64,000 bases of DNA from Myxococcota bacterium (GTDB taxonomy: Bacteria > Myxococcota_A > SURF-8 > G963663525): contig CAXXVK010000006.1 of the NCBI GenBank assembly GCA_963676915.2, positions 66,089 to 130,088 on the forward strand. Reading direction: 5' to 3'. This document shows, piece by piece, positions 38,971 to 48,985 of this stretch; within the stretch, counting starts at the first letter, position 1, and each line of letters begins with the position of its first letter. The translations under genes and the position numbers were made by a program. A model generated the notes under the pieces. The model had not been told where the DNA came from. It did not search any database and saw only the letters and a list, made by a program, of their open reading frames with translations.

Positions 38971-41900
38971 TTCCCCTGACTACCCGCTCGCATTACTCCC
39001 TCATGTGGGGTGTTCGCTCGCCTGCGGAGTTGGTGCGACGCGCCAAAGCTTGCGGCTACGACCGCCTCGCCCTGACCGACACCGACAACCTGTACGGCTT
39101 GTGGCCTTTTCTGGCGGCGTGTAGGGAAGAAGGTGTGCGACCCATCGTCGGTGCGGAAATCACCGACCCGAACGCGAGCCATCGGGCAGTGGTTCTGGTA
39201 CGAAATAATGCGGGATATCGCAATTTGTGCCGATTGTTGACGCTTCGGCATTGCGACAAAAGTTTTTCACTACAACACAAGTTACCGGAATATGCCGAGG
39301 GTCTTGTGGTGCTGACGCAATCCGAAACGCTGTTGCGTCCATGGAAAGAACAAGGCGTTTTCGTGGCTGCGGCCTTGCCGAGAAAACCTTCGAAACAGGC
39401 GAGAAAAATACGCAACCTCGCGAAAACCCTGGAACTTCCCGCCGTGGCGACACCGGGGACGTTTTTTGCATTGCCAGAGGATTACGCCGCCCACCGACTG
39501 CAACGCGCCATTTCACTCAACACCTCGCTTTCGCGTCTGAACGCCTATGACATAGCCCCACCGGATGCATGGCTGGCTCCGTCGATGGAGTACATCCGGC
39601 GTTTCGATGTCTGGCCGGATGCCATCCGCGAAACCTACGCCCTGGCCGAACGGCTGGAGTACTCCGGGCCGCAGTTCGGACTTGTCATGCCGAGTTGGAA
39701 CAACGAAAGCGCCTCGGAATCGGCCTTGAAACTTCGTGCAGCAGCATATGAAGGGGCACACTGGCGTTACGGAAAAACACTTTCCGACAACGTGGTGCAA
39801 CGCCTGGAATACGAACTGGCCGCCATCCGCGACAAAAGCTTTTCGGCTTACTTTTTGATCGTGCAAGACATCGTCAAGCACAGCCCGCGTATTTGCGGAC
39901 GTGGGTCGGGCGCGGCCTCCATCGTGGCTTATTGTTTGGGCATCACCAACGTCTGTCCGCTCAAGTACAACCTGTACTTCGAGCGTTTTCTCAATCCCGG
40001 TCGGAAAGACGCCCCCGATATCGACGTGGATTTTGCGTGGGACGAACGCGACGACGTGCAACTGGCCGTGCTGGATAAGTACAAGGGCCATGCAGCGATG
40101 GTCTGCAACCACGTCTTGTTGCAGCCGCGCTCGGCCATCCGTGAGGTGGCTAAGGTGTATGGTCTGACGGACCGGGAAATCGGGCAGGTGTCCAAACGGC
40201 TGCCGTGGTTCTGGCGGGCGATGGATGGTGCGGACGACGACGCGCTTCTGACCCGCCTCAAAGCCCTGCCGCAATTGAAGCAACTGGACTTCCCCGAACC
40301 GTGGCCGGAGATCATTCGCCATGCCCAGCGTTTGATCGGTACCCCGCGCAATCTATCCGTGCATTCCGGCGGGGTGGTGATTACGCCCAAGCCAATCGAC
40401 TCTTACGTGCCGGTGGAGATCGCGCCCAAGGGTGTGCCGATTATCCAGTGGGAGAAGGACGGCACGGAAGACAGCGGCCTGCTGAAAATCGACCTGCTCG
40501 GCAACCGCAGCCTCGGAGTCATTCGCGATGCCATCGCCACCGCCAAGCAAAACGGCGGTTTTGTGGACGAAAGCCGCTGGGAACCGGAGGACGACCGCGC
40601 TACCCAGGGACGCATCTCCAACGGCGAAACCATGGGCTGTTTCTACATCGAATCCCCGGCCACGCGCCTGTTGCAGCAGAAATCGGGCGTGGGAGATTAC
40701 GAGCACATGGTGATTCACACGTCCATCATTCGCCCGGCGGCCAATCGCTGGATCAACGAATATCTGGCGCGGCTCAAAGGCGAACCGTGGGAGGCGATCC
40801 ACCCGCTGCTTGAAGGCGTGCTGGACGAAACTTACGGCATTATGGTCTATCAGGAGCACGTCTCACTGGCGGCGGTGGCCTTGGCGGGCTTCGATCATGC
40901 CGACGCCGATGGTTTGCGCAAGGTGATGGCCCGCAAGGATCGGGACAAAAAGCTGCTCGACTATTTCCAGCGCTTCGCCACGGGCGCACGGGCACGGGAT
41001 GTGACAGATGCACAAATCGAAATCGTCTGGGACATGATTCTTTCCTTCGACGGCTATTCCTTCTGCAAGCCTCATTCAGCTAGCTACATCCGGGTATCGT
41101 TTCAGGCAGCCTATCTGAAAGCCCATCACTCTGCGGCTTTCATGGCGGCGGTGATCTCCAACCAAGGCGGGTTTTATTCCACCTTTGCCTATGTCTCCGA
41201 GGCAAGGCGCTTGGGTGTGGACATCCTGCCGCCCGATGTCAACGAAAGCGGCATCCGCTGGACAGCGGGGAAAGACTGGATACGGGTGGGCCTGATGGCG
41301 GTCAAGCATCTTTCCGCAAACACACAAGCCCGTATTGTCAGTGAACGAGTACGCGCACCCTACCAAAGCCTGACGGATTTTCTCAACCGCGTTCGGCCCG
41401 ACGACGAAGAAGCCCGGTCGTTGATCCACGCCGGGGCGTTTGCAACCCTGCACCCAAACACCTCTCATGCGGCACTTGCATGGGAGTTGGCCACATGGCG
41501 CAAAGAACGACGGCGAACCAAACAGCAACAGGATTTGTTCGCACAGCCAGCGAAAACCGCCACGCCACCAAAGTTTCCCCCTGACAATGACATTGCCCGC
41601 TTGCGTCGGGAGTTTGCCGCCTTGGGTTTTCTGTGCGACCGCCACCCGATGACGCTTTTTGCCGATACGCTCAAGCACCGCAATATGGTCAAAGCCAACG
41701 ACCTGTCCAACCATGCAGGCAAGCGCGTAAGCGTGGCCGGGATGCTGATTACCGGCAAGGTGGTGTCCACCCATAAGGGCGACCCGATGGAATTCGTCAC
41801 CTTCGAGGACGAAACCGGTGTGATCGAAACCACGTTCTTCCCCCGCGTGTATGAACGCTTCTGCTCGATACTGGATTATGGTCATCCCTTCATCCTGACC

Positions 41901-41972
41901 GGCAAGGTGGACGAACAGTTTGGTGCCTGCACGCTTACGGTGGAGGAAGTTTTTGCCGTGCAGAGGGTGTAA
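38967..41972 (+). CDS. dnaE2: Error-prone DNA polymerase III alpha homolog (DnaE2/ImuC type)
   Basis: PHP domain, 'GRGSGAAS', 'FERFLN', 'PDIDVDF', 'KIDLLG', 'GYSFCKPH', C-terminal OB fold. Located in a lexA operon. Confidence 0.9.
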   Translation: MIPLTTRSHYSLMWGVRSPAELVRRAKACGYDRLALTDTDNLYGLWPFLAACREEGVRPIVGAEITDPNASHRAVVLVRNNAGYRNLCRLLTLRHCDKSFSLQHKLPEYAEGLVVLTQSETLLRPWKEQGVFVAAALPRKPSKQARKIRNLAKTLELPAVATPGTFFALPEDYAAHRLQRAISLNTSLSRLNAYDIAPPDAWLAPSMEYIRRFDVWPDAIRETYALAERLEYSGPQFGLVMPSWNNESASESALKLRAAAYEGAHWRYGKTLSDNVVQRLEYELAAIRDKSFSAYFLIVQDIVKHSPRICGRGSGAASIVAYCLGITNVCPLKYNLYFERFLNPGRKDAPDIDVDFAWDERDDVQLAVLDKYKGHAAMVCNHVLLQPRSAIREVAKVYGLTDREIGQVSKRLPWFWRAMDGADDDALLTRLKALPQLKQLDFPEPWPEIIRHAQRLIGTPRNLSVHSGGVVITPKPIDSYVPVEIAPKGVPIIQWEKDGTEDSGLLKIDLLGNRSLGVIRDAIATAKQNGGFVDESRWEPEDDRATQGRISNGETMGCFYIESPATRLLQQKSGVGDYEHMVIHTSIIRPAANRWINEYLARLKGEPWEAIHPLLEGVLDETYGIMVYQEHVSLAAVALAGFDHADADGLRKVMARKDRDKKLLDYFQRFATGARARDVTDAQIEIVWDMILSFDGYSFCKPHSASYIRVSFQAAYLKAHHSAAFMAAVISNQGGFYSTFAYVSEARRLGVDILPPDVNESGIRWTAGKDWIRVGLMAVKHLSANTQARIVSERVRAPYQSLTDFLNRVRPDDEEARSLIHAGAFATLHPNTSHAALAWELATWRKERRRTKQQQDLFAQPAKTATPPKFPPDNDIARLRREFAALGFLCDRHPMTLFADTLKHRNMVKANDLSNHAGKRVSVAGMLITGKVVSTHKGDPMEFVTFEDETGVIETTFFPRVYERFCSILDYGHPFILTGKVDEQFGACTLTVEEVFAVQRV

Positions 41973-42426
41973 CAGCAAACTTGTCATGCGCAAGCGATAA
42001 ATATACTTAGTGTTGTCAAATACTTAGATTCTGTATACGACAACGAGACCACGACAGCGTGTAATAAGTCCATAAAATCAATTGTTTAGGGTCATGCTCT
42101 ATAGCGATTTGGTCTTCTGAGCGCGTTGGCCTCCCCGCCCTATCAAGCCCTCGACAGGATAAAAAAGGGACTCAGGGATCTCGCTAGTGGAAGGAGCTCG
42201 CTCACGCGGGACGTATTACCTTTTAAGGCTGCAATACTCAAACGCCGCCAGAACTTGGATTAACACATTGAAGGTCGATTCAGATCCATTGTTCAGAGTC
42301 GATGACAGGCGTGGCCGGATTTCGGATGGGAGACTTTGAGTATTTTCAACATTGCAGTGACCGTAGCGGGTATCGTTTCTATGTGCTATGGTGACAACAC
42401 AAACTGCAACTTGATGGGCAATCACA

Positions 42427-43554
42427 ATGCAAATTACGAACGATACAATACTTATATTAGGAGCATATGGATTAGCGGGGCGGACGATTGCCCAAGGGCT
42501 GGCACAGACGACCGACCACCCATTGATTCTAGCCGGGCGAAACGCTGCGAAACTATCTGCACTTATGGCAAAACTTGCGTCTACAAGCGACACCGATGCC
42601 GAACGCATTCGGCTATTGGTGGTAGATGGCTCAGACTCAAGGGCCGTGGGCGATGCCTGTAAACAAGCTCGGTTGGTCGTAAATGCGATGGGACCATATG
42701 CCTTGAATGGTGCGAATGTGGCCAAGACCGTTATCGAAGCGGGCGCAAGTTATCTGGACGTCGCCAACGAGCAAATCCACTACAAACGCCTAAGAGTTCT
42801 CGAGCCGGAGGCCAAACGCAATGGCTTGATGCTGGCAACAGCCACTGGAGTGATCCCTGGGGTATCGACATTGCTGACGGTCAAGCTGTTGGAAACCATG
42901 CCGGATGCGACCTCAGCACACATTGCCTTTGTCCAATTTCGTCATGCATACGCGGATTCTGGTCTCGGTTCTATCATGAGCGGTGTCCTCGATAGCGGTT
43001 TTAAACCCGTAGCGAGGGTAAAGGAGAAAGACAAACCAGTGACATTGGGTCGTTCGACACGCAAAATCCGGTTCCAAGATCCGTTCGGAACCCAGCGTTG
43101 CCTGGAGGTTCCGACCATAGACACATTGACTCTTTCTAATCGGCACGACTTTCACGACCTACATACCTGGTTTTACCTGGGCGATCAACCAACTTGGTTA
43201 TTTGATGTGATTCGATTGCTAAAACCGCAAAGGCGCCGTTGGGCGTATATACTTTTGGAACGGATTATCCGTCAGATGAACGACCTGGAGCACAGCCGCG
43301 CATTAAAGCAAGGTCTGACGGCGGAAACGCTCTTATCTGTGACGTTGAGTAATGAACAAACCACTCGGACCGGTAATCTTGTGATGACCGACGGAGCGAT
43401 TCTTATGCGCTACCTCCCGGCGGCGATCATCCGCCGCTGGTTCGACGGCGGGAGTATTTCCCCCGGTCTCATGACTCCTTTGGACGTTCTTACTTTCGAC
43501 GATCTTCTCAACGTTGCGGGAGATGCGATCGTAAAAGTGGACTTGGATGGATAA
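42427..43554 (+). CDS. Saccharopine dehydrogenase-like NAD(P)-binding oxidoreductase
   Basis: 'ILGAYGLAG', 'LAGRN', 'VVNAMGPY', 'YLDVANE', 'TGVIPG'. Confidence 0.8.
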   Translation: MQITNDTILILGAYGLAGRTIAQGLAQTTDHPLILAGRNAAKLSALMAKLASTSDTDAERIRLLVVDGSDSRAVGDACKQARLVVNAMGPYALNGANVAKTVIEAGASYLDVANEQIHYKRLRVLEPEAKRNGLMLATATGVIPGVSTLLTVKLLETMPDATSAHIAFVQFRHAYADSGLGSIMSGVLDSGFKPVARVKEKDKPVTLGRSTRKIRFQDPFGTQRCLEVPTIDTLTLSNRHDFHDLHTWFYLGDQPTWLFDVIRLLKPQRRRWAYILLERIIRQMNDLEHSRALKQGLTAETLLSVTLSNEQTTRTGNLVMTDGAILMRYLPAAIIRRWFDGGSISPGLMTPLDVLTFDDLLNVAGDAIVKVDLDG

Positions 43555-43871
43555 AATCGCGAGGGTCTTGCTATTCGTTTGAGCTGAATTGCAGTAAAGT
43601 GATATGATAATTGTCTTTCTGGTATGTTTTGGGAGAACAGAATATTTCAAAGGGAGTTGTTTGGGAAGTCGCCTATCATCGTCATGATATTTCCGATCAT
43701 GTTTGAGAACCTTTGGAAATTCATTTCACTGAGTGCAAAGGTTGCCAAAGCGAGAGAACGCAGAACGGCAACACAGACATGAAACAGAACTTGTGCCCGA
43801 ACAATAGCAAAAATAAACGTCACGTTCAGAACTAAGACTCGTGGGAACGCATCCCATCGCGACTTGGAATT

Positions 43872-45356
43872 TTAAATAAAGGGGCGAAAGCATTCGAGCA
43901 ATGCTACCCAGACTGATTGGAAAAACAGGACTGAATAGATCGATACTCTAGCTGCTTTTGGCAGGTTGCCTGTTGTATCTGAATCTGTAAAAAAGGCTTG
44001 AATGGATTGCAAAACAAGTAGTGGAAGCATGTATTGCCATAATCGAATGGTTTCCGGTTGATGGTGCGTTATGGCCAGAACTCCCAATACCGCAAAACAT
44101 AACCACGCGGGAAAAGCATGGTTGAGAAGTTTTTTAGGAGATTTTAGTTCCTGGACTAGTTTTAGCAGTGACAACAAGATGATTGCCGGTCCTGCATATA
44201 AAAAGAATTCAACGATGCACATAACGGTCCAAGTATCGGTATCATTAGGCTCCCACCCCATGCTTTGACGCCATTGTTGATGGACTTTCAGTGCCCAACC
44301 CAAGCGCTCGGCAAAGTGAAAATTCATAACAGTGTTTAGAAAAAAGACAGCAAGAAGAATTCCTGCAAGCGCCAGCAGAAAAACTCTTACATCAAAGGTA
44401 GCCTTTTCCTGTTTTTTTTGAAGTTTATGGGAAACAACAGCCAATAAGGGAAGACCTAATACCCATGCCAAGGAAATAAACAGGCTGATGGACATCCATG
44501 TTCCGAGAAAACACACTAGACCTGCCAAAAAGGCAATCCAAAGTTTTTTATCGAGAAGGGCTTTTAGAATAAGCCAAAGGGTCAGAGTGAACAGGGGCAT
44601 GACAACCGAGCTGTCCTGATGAAACGAGGCTAGCGTCAACGCGGGCGTCAGTACAAGGACAGCCGGAACAAAAGCTGCCTGTTTTTCGGATAGGAAATAT
44701 CGCGAAATCAAGACCAAAGGAATAAGGGAAAGCCAAGGCATTATCGAAAAGAAAACCCGTATCGCTCCCACATAAGCGGGGTAGCCGTTTAAATGCTGGA
44801 GCGGAATATCTTTAAACGCAAAAAGTGTGAAAAAGGCTTTTAAGGATTCCATCTGCGAAAGTTCGTAAAGCAAACGATAAACGACAATAGCCCCTGGAGA
44901 CCTCGTATGTCCGAAATCCCCCAAACTGTCGGTTTTCAGTAGCTGTTCGAAATTCCAGATAATGTCTGAGAACGAGAGCTTGGGAATGAAAGAGGCCATC
45001 AAAGCATGGCCGGTATTGCCTAAACGCCATGCGATCACACCTTCTCCACGAGGTATGGAAGGAACAAAATTGACAGATACAACTCCCGCAACAATGAGAA
45101 GAAACAAACCTCCTGCTGTTTTCCCTTTTTCAAGACACCATGAGCCAAAAATGACAAAAGACGCCATAAATAGAGCAAAAAGAAGCGAGTGATTGATCTT
45201 GGCAATGACGGGAGGACGGTATCGCCACATCCACCATCGAATATTGTCAAAATCCGGCCAGTTGGAAAATAATGATGCCGATACGAGAAGGGTCATCAAG
45301 GCTATGGTTGCAGCAATGATTCGCCAGTAATTTTCGTTGCTTGTTTCCCTTGTCAT
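43872..45356 (-). CDS. Polytopic membrane protein, possible GT-C glycosyltransferase
   Basis: About 12 hydrophobic segments; 'HTRSPG' and 'ETIRLWQY' motifs resemble mannosyltransferase-like membrane proteins. Confidence 0.5.
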   Translation of the reverse strand: MTRETSNENYWRIIAATIALMTLLVSASLFSNWPDFDNIRWWMWRYRPPVIAKINHSLLFALFMASFVIFGSWCLEKGKTAGGLFLLIVAGVVSVNFVPSIPRGEGVIAWRLGNTGHALMASFIPKLSFSDIIWNFEQLLKTDSLGDFGHTRSPGAIVVYRLLYELSQMESLKAFFTLFAFKDIPLQHLNGYPAYVGAIRVFFSIMPWLSLIPLVLISRYFLSEKQAAFVPAVLVLTPALTLASFHQDSSVVMPLFTLTLWLILKALLDKKLWIAFLAGLVCFLGTWMSISLFISLAWVLGLPLLAVVSHKLQKKQEKATFDVRVFLLALAGILLAVFFLNTVMNFHFAERLGWALKVHQQWRQSMGWEPNDTDTWTVMCIVEFFLYAGPAIILLSLLKLVQELKSPKKLLNHAFPAWLCFAVLGVLAITHHQPETIRLWQYMLPLLVLQSIQAFFTDSDTTGNLPKAARVSIYSVLFFQSVWVALLECFRPFI

Positions 45357-45823
45357 CCACGTTTCCTAAAAGATCGAACGAACCAATACGCAGAGAATCG
45401 GATGAAACTCAATATCAATTCATGCGATTTTTTCAATGCCTATGTGGTCAAGTACCTTTTCTTGTTTCGATAATATCTCCATGTCACGAATCCTACAGGG
45501 GACTTTCTGATTGTCAAGATTTGAGAAGGGTTTGAAATAAGCCTGTTTTTTCTTTCCTCGTAATTCTTTTGATTCACTCATGATCATATGGGAAGTTTAA
45601 TTGCAGTCTGCATGGTCCAAGAAATCGCAGGTTTAGATACTGAAAAAAACTGTTGATCGTCCTCTATTACCTACTCCTGCCGTATTGAACCCAATCGCCT
45701 TGAGCGAAGTCATTCGGAAGGACAAAAAGAAAAACCGCACGGACATCGATTTCATCGTGCTACACTCTATTGGCAAAGCCGCTATTCGGACATTGCCGTA
45801 TGCGTACCTTCAAGAGGTGTTGC

Positions 45824-46477
45824 ATGATTTGTGTTAGCCTGGGTGTTCAAGACGTTGCGGAATTGCTCGGTCTTCTGAAGCGATATCCGTTCGCCGAAAT
45901 CCGTCTGGATGCCCTGTCCGAAACACCGGACATTCATGACATTACAAAGCTTTTCGGTGGTTCCGGCAAGCGAGTCGCCACATTTCGTCCCATACGGGGC
46001 ACACAGCAAGAACGTACCGAAACGCTGGTGAAGGCTATCGAAGCCGGAGCCGCTTACGTGGATGTCGAAGTGGATTTTCCTAAAACATCCCTTCGCACGG
46101 TTTCTATGGCGGCAAAGCAACACAATTGCCAGCTTATCGTTTCACATCACGATATGGAAAAAACTCCTTCCAGCAAAGAGTTGGAACGTCTTCGCTACGC
46201 TTGCGTTTCCAGAGGGGCGGATCTTGTCAAAATTGCCTGTAAAGTGAATCGGAGCGAAGACAACGCCCGCTTGTTGGCGCTTGTGGATTTCTCCGTCCCG
46301 GTAATCGCTATCGGCATGGGAGACTTGGGACGCATCACGAGACTGGCGGGGCCGTTGATCGGCTCTCCATTCACTTACGCAAGTCCGGGCAAAGGACTTG
46401 AAACGGCCAGCGGACAACTCGACGCCGAAACGTTGGCGTTTTTGCTGGCGCAATTCGAAAAGGAGCGCCGAACATGA
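45824..46477 (+). CDS. aroD: Type I 3-dehydroquinate dehydratase
   Basis: 'MICVSL', 'EIRLD', 'YVDVE', 'IVSHHD', 'DLVKIA', 'IGMGDLGRITR', 'TASGQL'. Confidence 0.93.
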   Translation: MICVSLGVQDVAELLGLLKRYPFAEIRLDALSETPDIHDITKLFGGSGKRVATFRPIRGTQQERTETLVKAIEAGAAYVDVEVDFPKTSLRTVSMAAKQHNCQLIVSHHDMEKTPSSKELERLRYACVSRGADLVKIACKVNRSEDNARLLALVDFSVPVIAIGMGDLGRITRLAGPLIGSPFTYASPGKGLETASGQLDAETLAFLLAQFEKERRT

Positions 46478-47754
46478 AGCTTTTCGGCGTCACCGGAAAA
46501 CCGATAGCGTACAGCCTCAGTCCCGTTTTGTTTCGGAAGGCTTATAGCGGAACTTCGATGGACGGTGCTTACCTGCGTCTTGTCGCCGATTCCGCTGAAG
46601 AAGCTTTGGTGTTGAGTCGCAAGATCGGGTTGAGCGGGCTGAACGTAACAAGTCCATTCAAAGAGGACATCGTGCCTTTGCTGGACGACCTCGACGAGTC
46701 GGCCCGAGCGGTCGGTGCCGTCAATACCGTGGTCTTTCGGGACACAGGAATCACCGGTTTCAATACGGATTCCGATGGCGTACGAGCGTTTCTGAACGAA
46801 GCCGGACCGATCGACGCTTACGATTCCGTTGTGGTGCTGGGTGCAGGTGGAGCGGCCCGAGCGGTGTTGCAGGTGCTGAGATCCCTGAATATTCACAAGA
46901 TTGTCTTTGTTAATCGGTCGAAACGCCGTGCTAAGGCGGTTGGTCGCCGGTTCGACGTTCGTTTCGTCCCGTGGAAAAACGCCCAGCCGGTTGTTTCGGC
47001 GGCGGATGTGGTGATTTCCTGCCTTCCGGCGGATGTTGCTGTTCCTTGCGACTGGTTCAATCCACGACAGCGTGTGTTAGATGCGACCTACCAAGGCGGA
47101 GCGGTCAGCCGAGCTGCACGGGAGGCGGGGTGTCATGTATTCGAGGGGCTGCCTTGGTTGATCGGACAAGCCCAAGCAGGGTTTTCCAAAATGACGGGCG
47201 AAAATCCGAATTTGGAGCATGTAGAGTCATTCCACGAAAAAATCGTCAATACACCTCTTTTTCTGACGGGGCTCTCCGGTACGGGAAAAACCACGGTCGG
47301 CAGACAGCTTACCGATCTTTTGGGGTGTACCTTCATCGACACGGATCGGGAAATAGAAAAAAAAGCGGCAAAACCTATAACCCAAATATTCGGCGAAGAG
47401 GGCGAACCGACCTTTCGGCGTTGGGAAAAGGAAACACTGCTCTCTCTGCTTGATAAGCCTAACGCGGTGATTTCTCTGGGCGGAGGAGCACTGCAAAATC
47501 CGGATGTGAGCGCCAAGGTGAAATCTTCGGGTTTCGTCGTCTGGCTCTGGGCTTCGCCGGAAGAATGCGTACGACGAATCACGGATGGTGACCGGCCATT
47601 GCTGGCTGGCGGTGATTCTGAAAAGCGGCTTTCCGAGTTGCTGGAAAAGCGTTTGCCTGGATATGCTCATGCTGCGGATCTCGTTATCGATACGGGTTCA
47701 CGCAAGCCGGAGGTTGTCGCCGGAAGGATCGCAGATGAAATCGATCGGATTTAG
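46474..47754 (+). CDS. aroE: Fused shikimate dehydrogenase (AroE) / shikimate kinase (AroK)
   Basis: AroE motifs 'SLSP', 'NVTSPFK', 'GAVNT', 'NTDSDG', 'GAGGAARA'; AroK motifs 'GLSGTGKTTVG', 'DTD', 'GEPTFR', 'SLGGG', 'RPLL'. Confidence 0.92.
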   Translation: MKLFGVTGKPIAYSLSPVLFRKAYSGTSMDGAYLRLVADSAEEALVLSRKIGLSGLNVTSPFKEDIVPLLDDLDESARAVGAVNTVVFRDTGITGFNTDSDGVRAFLNEAGPIDAYDSVVVLGAGGAARAVLQVLRSLNIHKIVFVNRSKRRAKAVGRRFDVRFVPWKNAQPVVSAADVVISCLPADVAVPCDWFNPRQRVLDATYQGGAVSRAAREAGCHVFEGLPWLIGQAQAGFSKMTGENPNLEHVESFHEKIVNTPLFLTGLSGTGKTTVGRQLTDLLGCTFIDTDREIEKKAAKPITQIFGEEGEPTFRRWEKETLLSLLDKPNAVISLGGGALQNPDVSAKVKSSGFVVWLWASPEECVRRITDGDRPLLAGGDSEKRLSELLEKRLPGYAHAADLVIDTGSRKPEVVAGRIADEIDRI

Positions 47755-48985
47755 CCCGGTACGCGGAACGGTTTCCGCCCCAACATCCAAAAGCCTGTTT
47801 CAACGGGCGGTTGCTATCGCTTCCCTGGCGAGTTCCCCGGTGACGATTCTCGCAGACTCGTCGTGCGATGATGCCGAAGCCTCATTGCGAGCGGCAAAAG
47901 GACTTGGTGCGGACCTGCGCCGCTTCGATGGCGGCGTGGAAATCTTTCCAGGTCGAAACACCCCTTCGGCTCGTTTTTCCTGTGGAGAAGCTGGATTGTG
48001 CCTGCGGATGTTCGCGCCTGTCGCGGCGTGTTTCGATCGGCCTGTAACATTGATGGCTTCCGGTCCACTCGAATCGCGACCTGTGGACATGCTGGTCGAT
48101 CCTCTCCGAAGTCTCGGTGCCTCTGTCGAGACAAACGGCGGTTTTCCGCCCGTTCAGGTGAAAGGACCGCTTCGGGGTGGAGTTTGTTCCCTGGATGGTG
48201 GGAGCACGTCGCAGGTATTGACCGGCCTGTTGATCGCGCTTCCGACATGCCCCGAAGATTCGACCATACACGTAACGAATCTCAAGAGTTTACCGTATGT
48301 TAAACTTACATTGGCTTTGCTTGAAAGGTTCGGAATTCGAATCGAGCACGACCCGGAGTATCGTTCGTTTTTCATTCCGGGAAAGCAGAGCTACGAAGGA
48401 AAGAAGTTTCGGGTCGAGGGGGACTGGTCGGGAGCATCGTTTCTGCTCGTTGCTGGCGCTATTGCCGGGAGTGTCGCCGTTCGTGGCCTGAATCTCGACT
48501 CACAACAAGCCGATCGTGCCGTGCTGGAGGCTTTGCGCGGTTCCGGGGCTGAGGTAACCTGGCCTACCGCCGATACCTGCTGCGTGGAAAAGCGCCCTTT
48601 GCAAGCGTTTGGTTTCGATGCCGAACACTGTCCGGACTTGTTTCCGCCACTCGTCGCGCTGGCCTCCTGTTGTGAAGGAGTCAGCGTGCTACGTGGCATT
48701 TCGCGCTTGAGGCACAAAGAAAGCGACCGCGCCGAGGCATTGAAAACGGAGTTCGGAAAACTGGGCGTTTCCATCGATCTGCACGGCGAAGAGATGCTCG
48801 TCACCGGAAGTCCCGTGCAGGGGGCACTCGTTCAATCGCATCAGGACCACCGCATCGCCATGGCCTGCGCTGTTGCGGGACTGAGCGCTACGAACGATGT
48901 GGATATTTCAGGCTCGGAGTGCGTGGCGAAATCCTATCCGGCGTTTTTCGAAGATCTGGAAAAACTGGGAGCTAAAATAGTATGA
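47735..48985 (+). CDS. aroA: 3-phosphoshikimate 1-carboxyvinyltransferase (EPSP synthase)
   Basis: 'SKSLFQR', 'SQVLTGLL', 'VEGDWS', 'LRHKESDR', 'DHRIAMA', 'KSYPAFF'. Start moved to ATG 47735. Confidence 0.96.
   Translation: MKSIGFSPVRGTVSAPTSKSLFQRAVAIASLASSPVTILADSSCDDAEASLRAAKGLGADLRRFDGGVEIFPGRNTPSARFSCGEAGLCLRMFAPVAACFDRPVTLMASGPLESRPVDMLVDPLRSLGASVETNGGFPPVQVKGPLRGGVCSLDGGSTSQVLTGLLIALPTCPEDSTIHVTNLKSLPYVKLTLALLERFGIRIEHDPEYRSFFIPGKQSYEGKKFRVEGDWSGASFLLVAGAIAGSVAVRGLNLDSQQADRAVLEALRGSGAEVTWPTADTCCVEKRPLQAFGFDAEHCPDLFPPLVALASCCEGVSVLRGISRLRHKESDRAEALKTEFGKLGVSIDLHGEEMLVTGSPVQGALVQSHQDHRIAMACAVAGLSATNDVDISGSECVAKSYPAFFEDLEKLGAKIV

Noticed and set aside
36144-42090. 9-bp inverted repeat CCTAAACAA/TTGTTTAGG flanking the lexA-dnaE2 cassette
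   Set aside because: Too short to distinguish from chance, and there is no target-site duplication.
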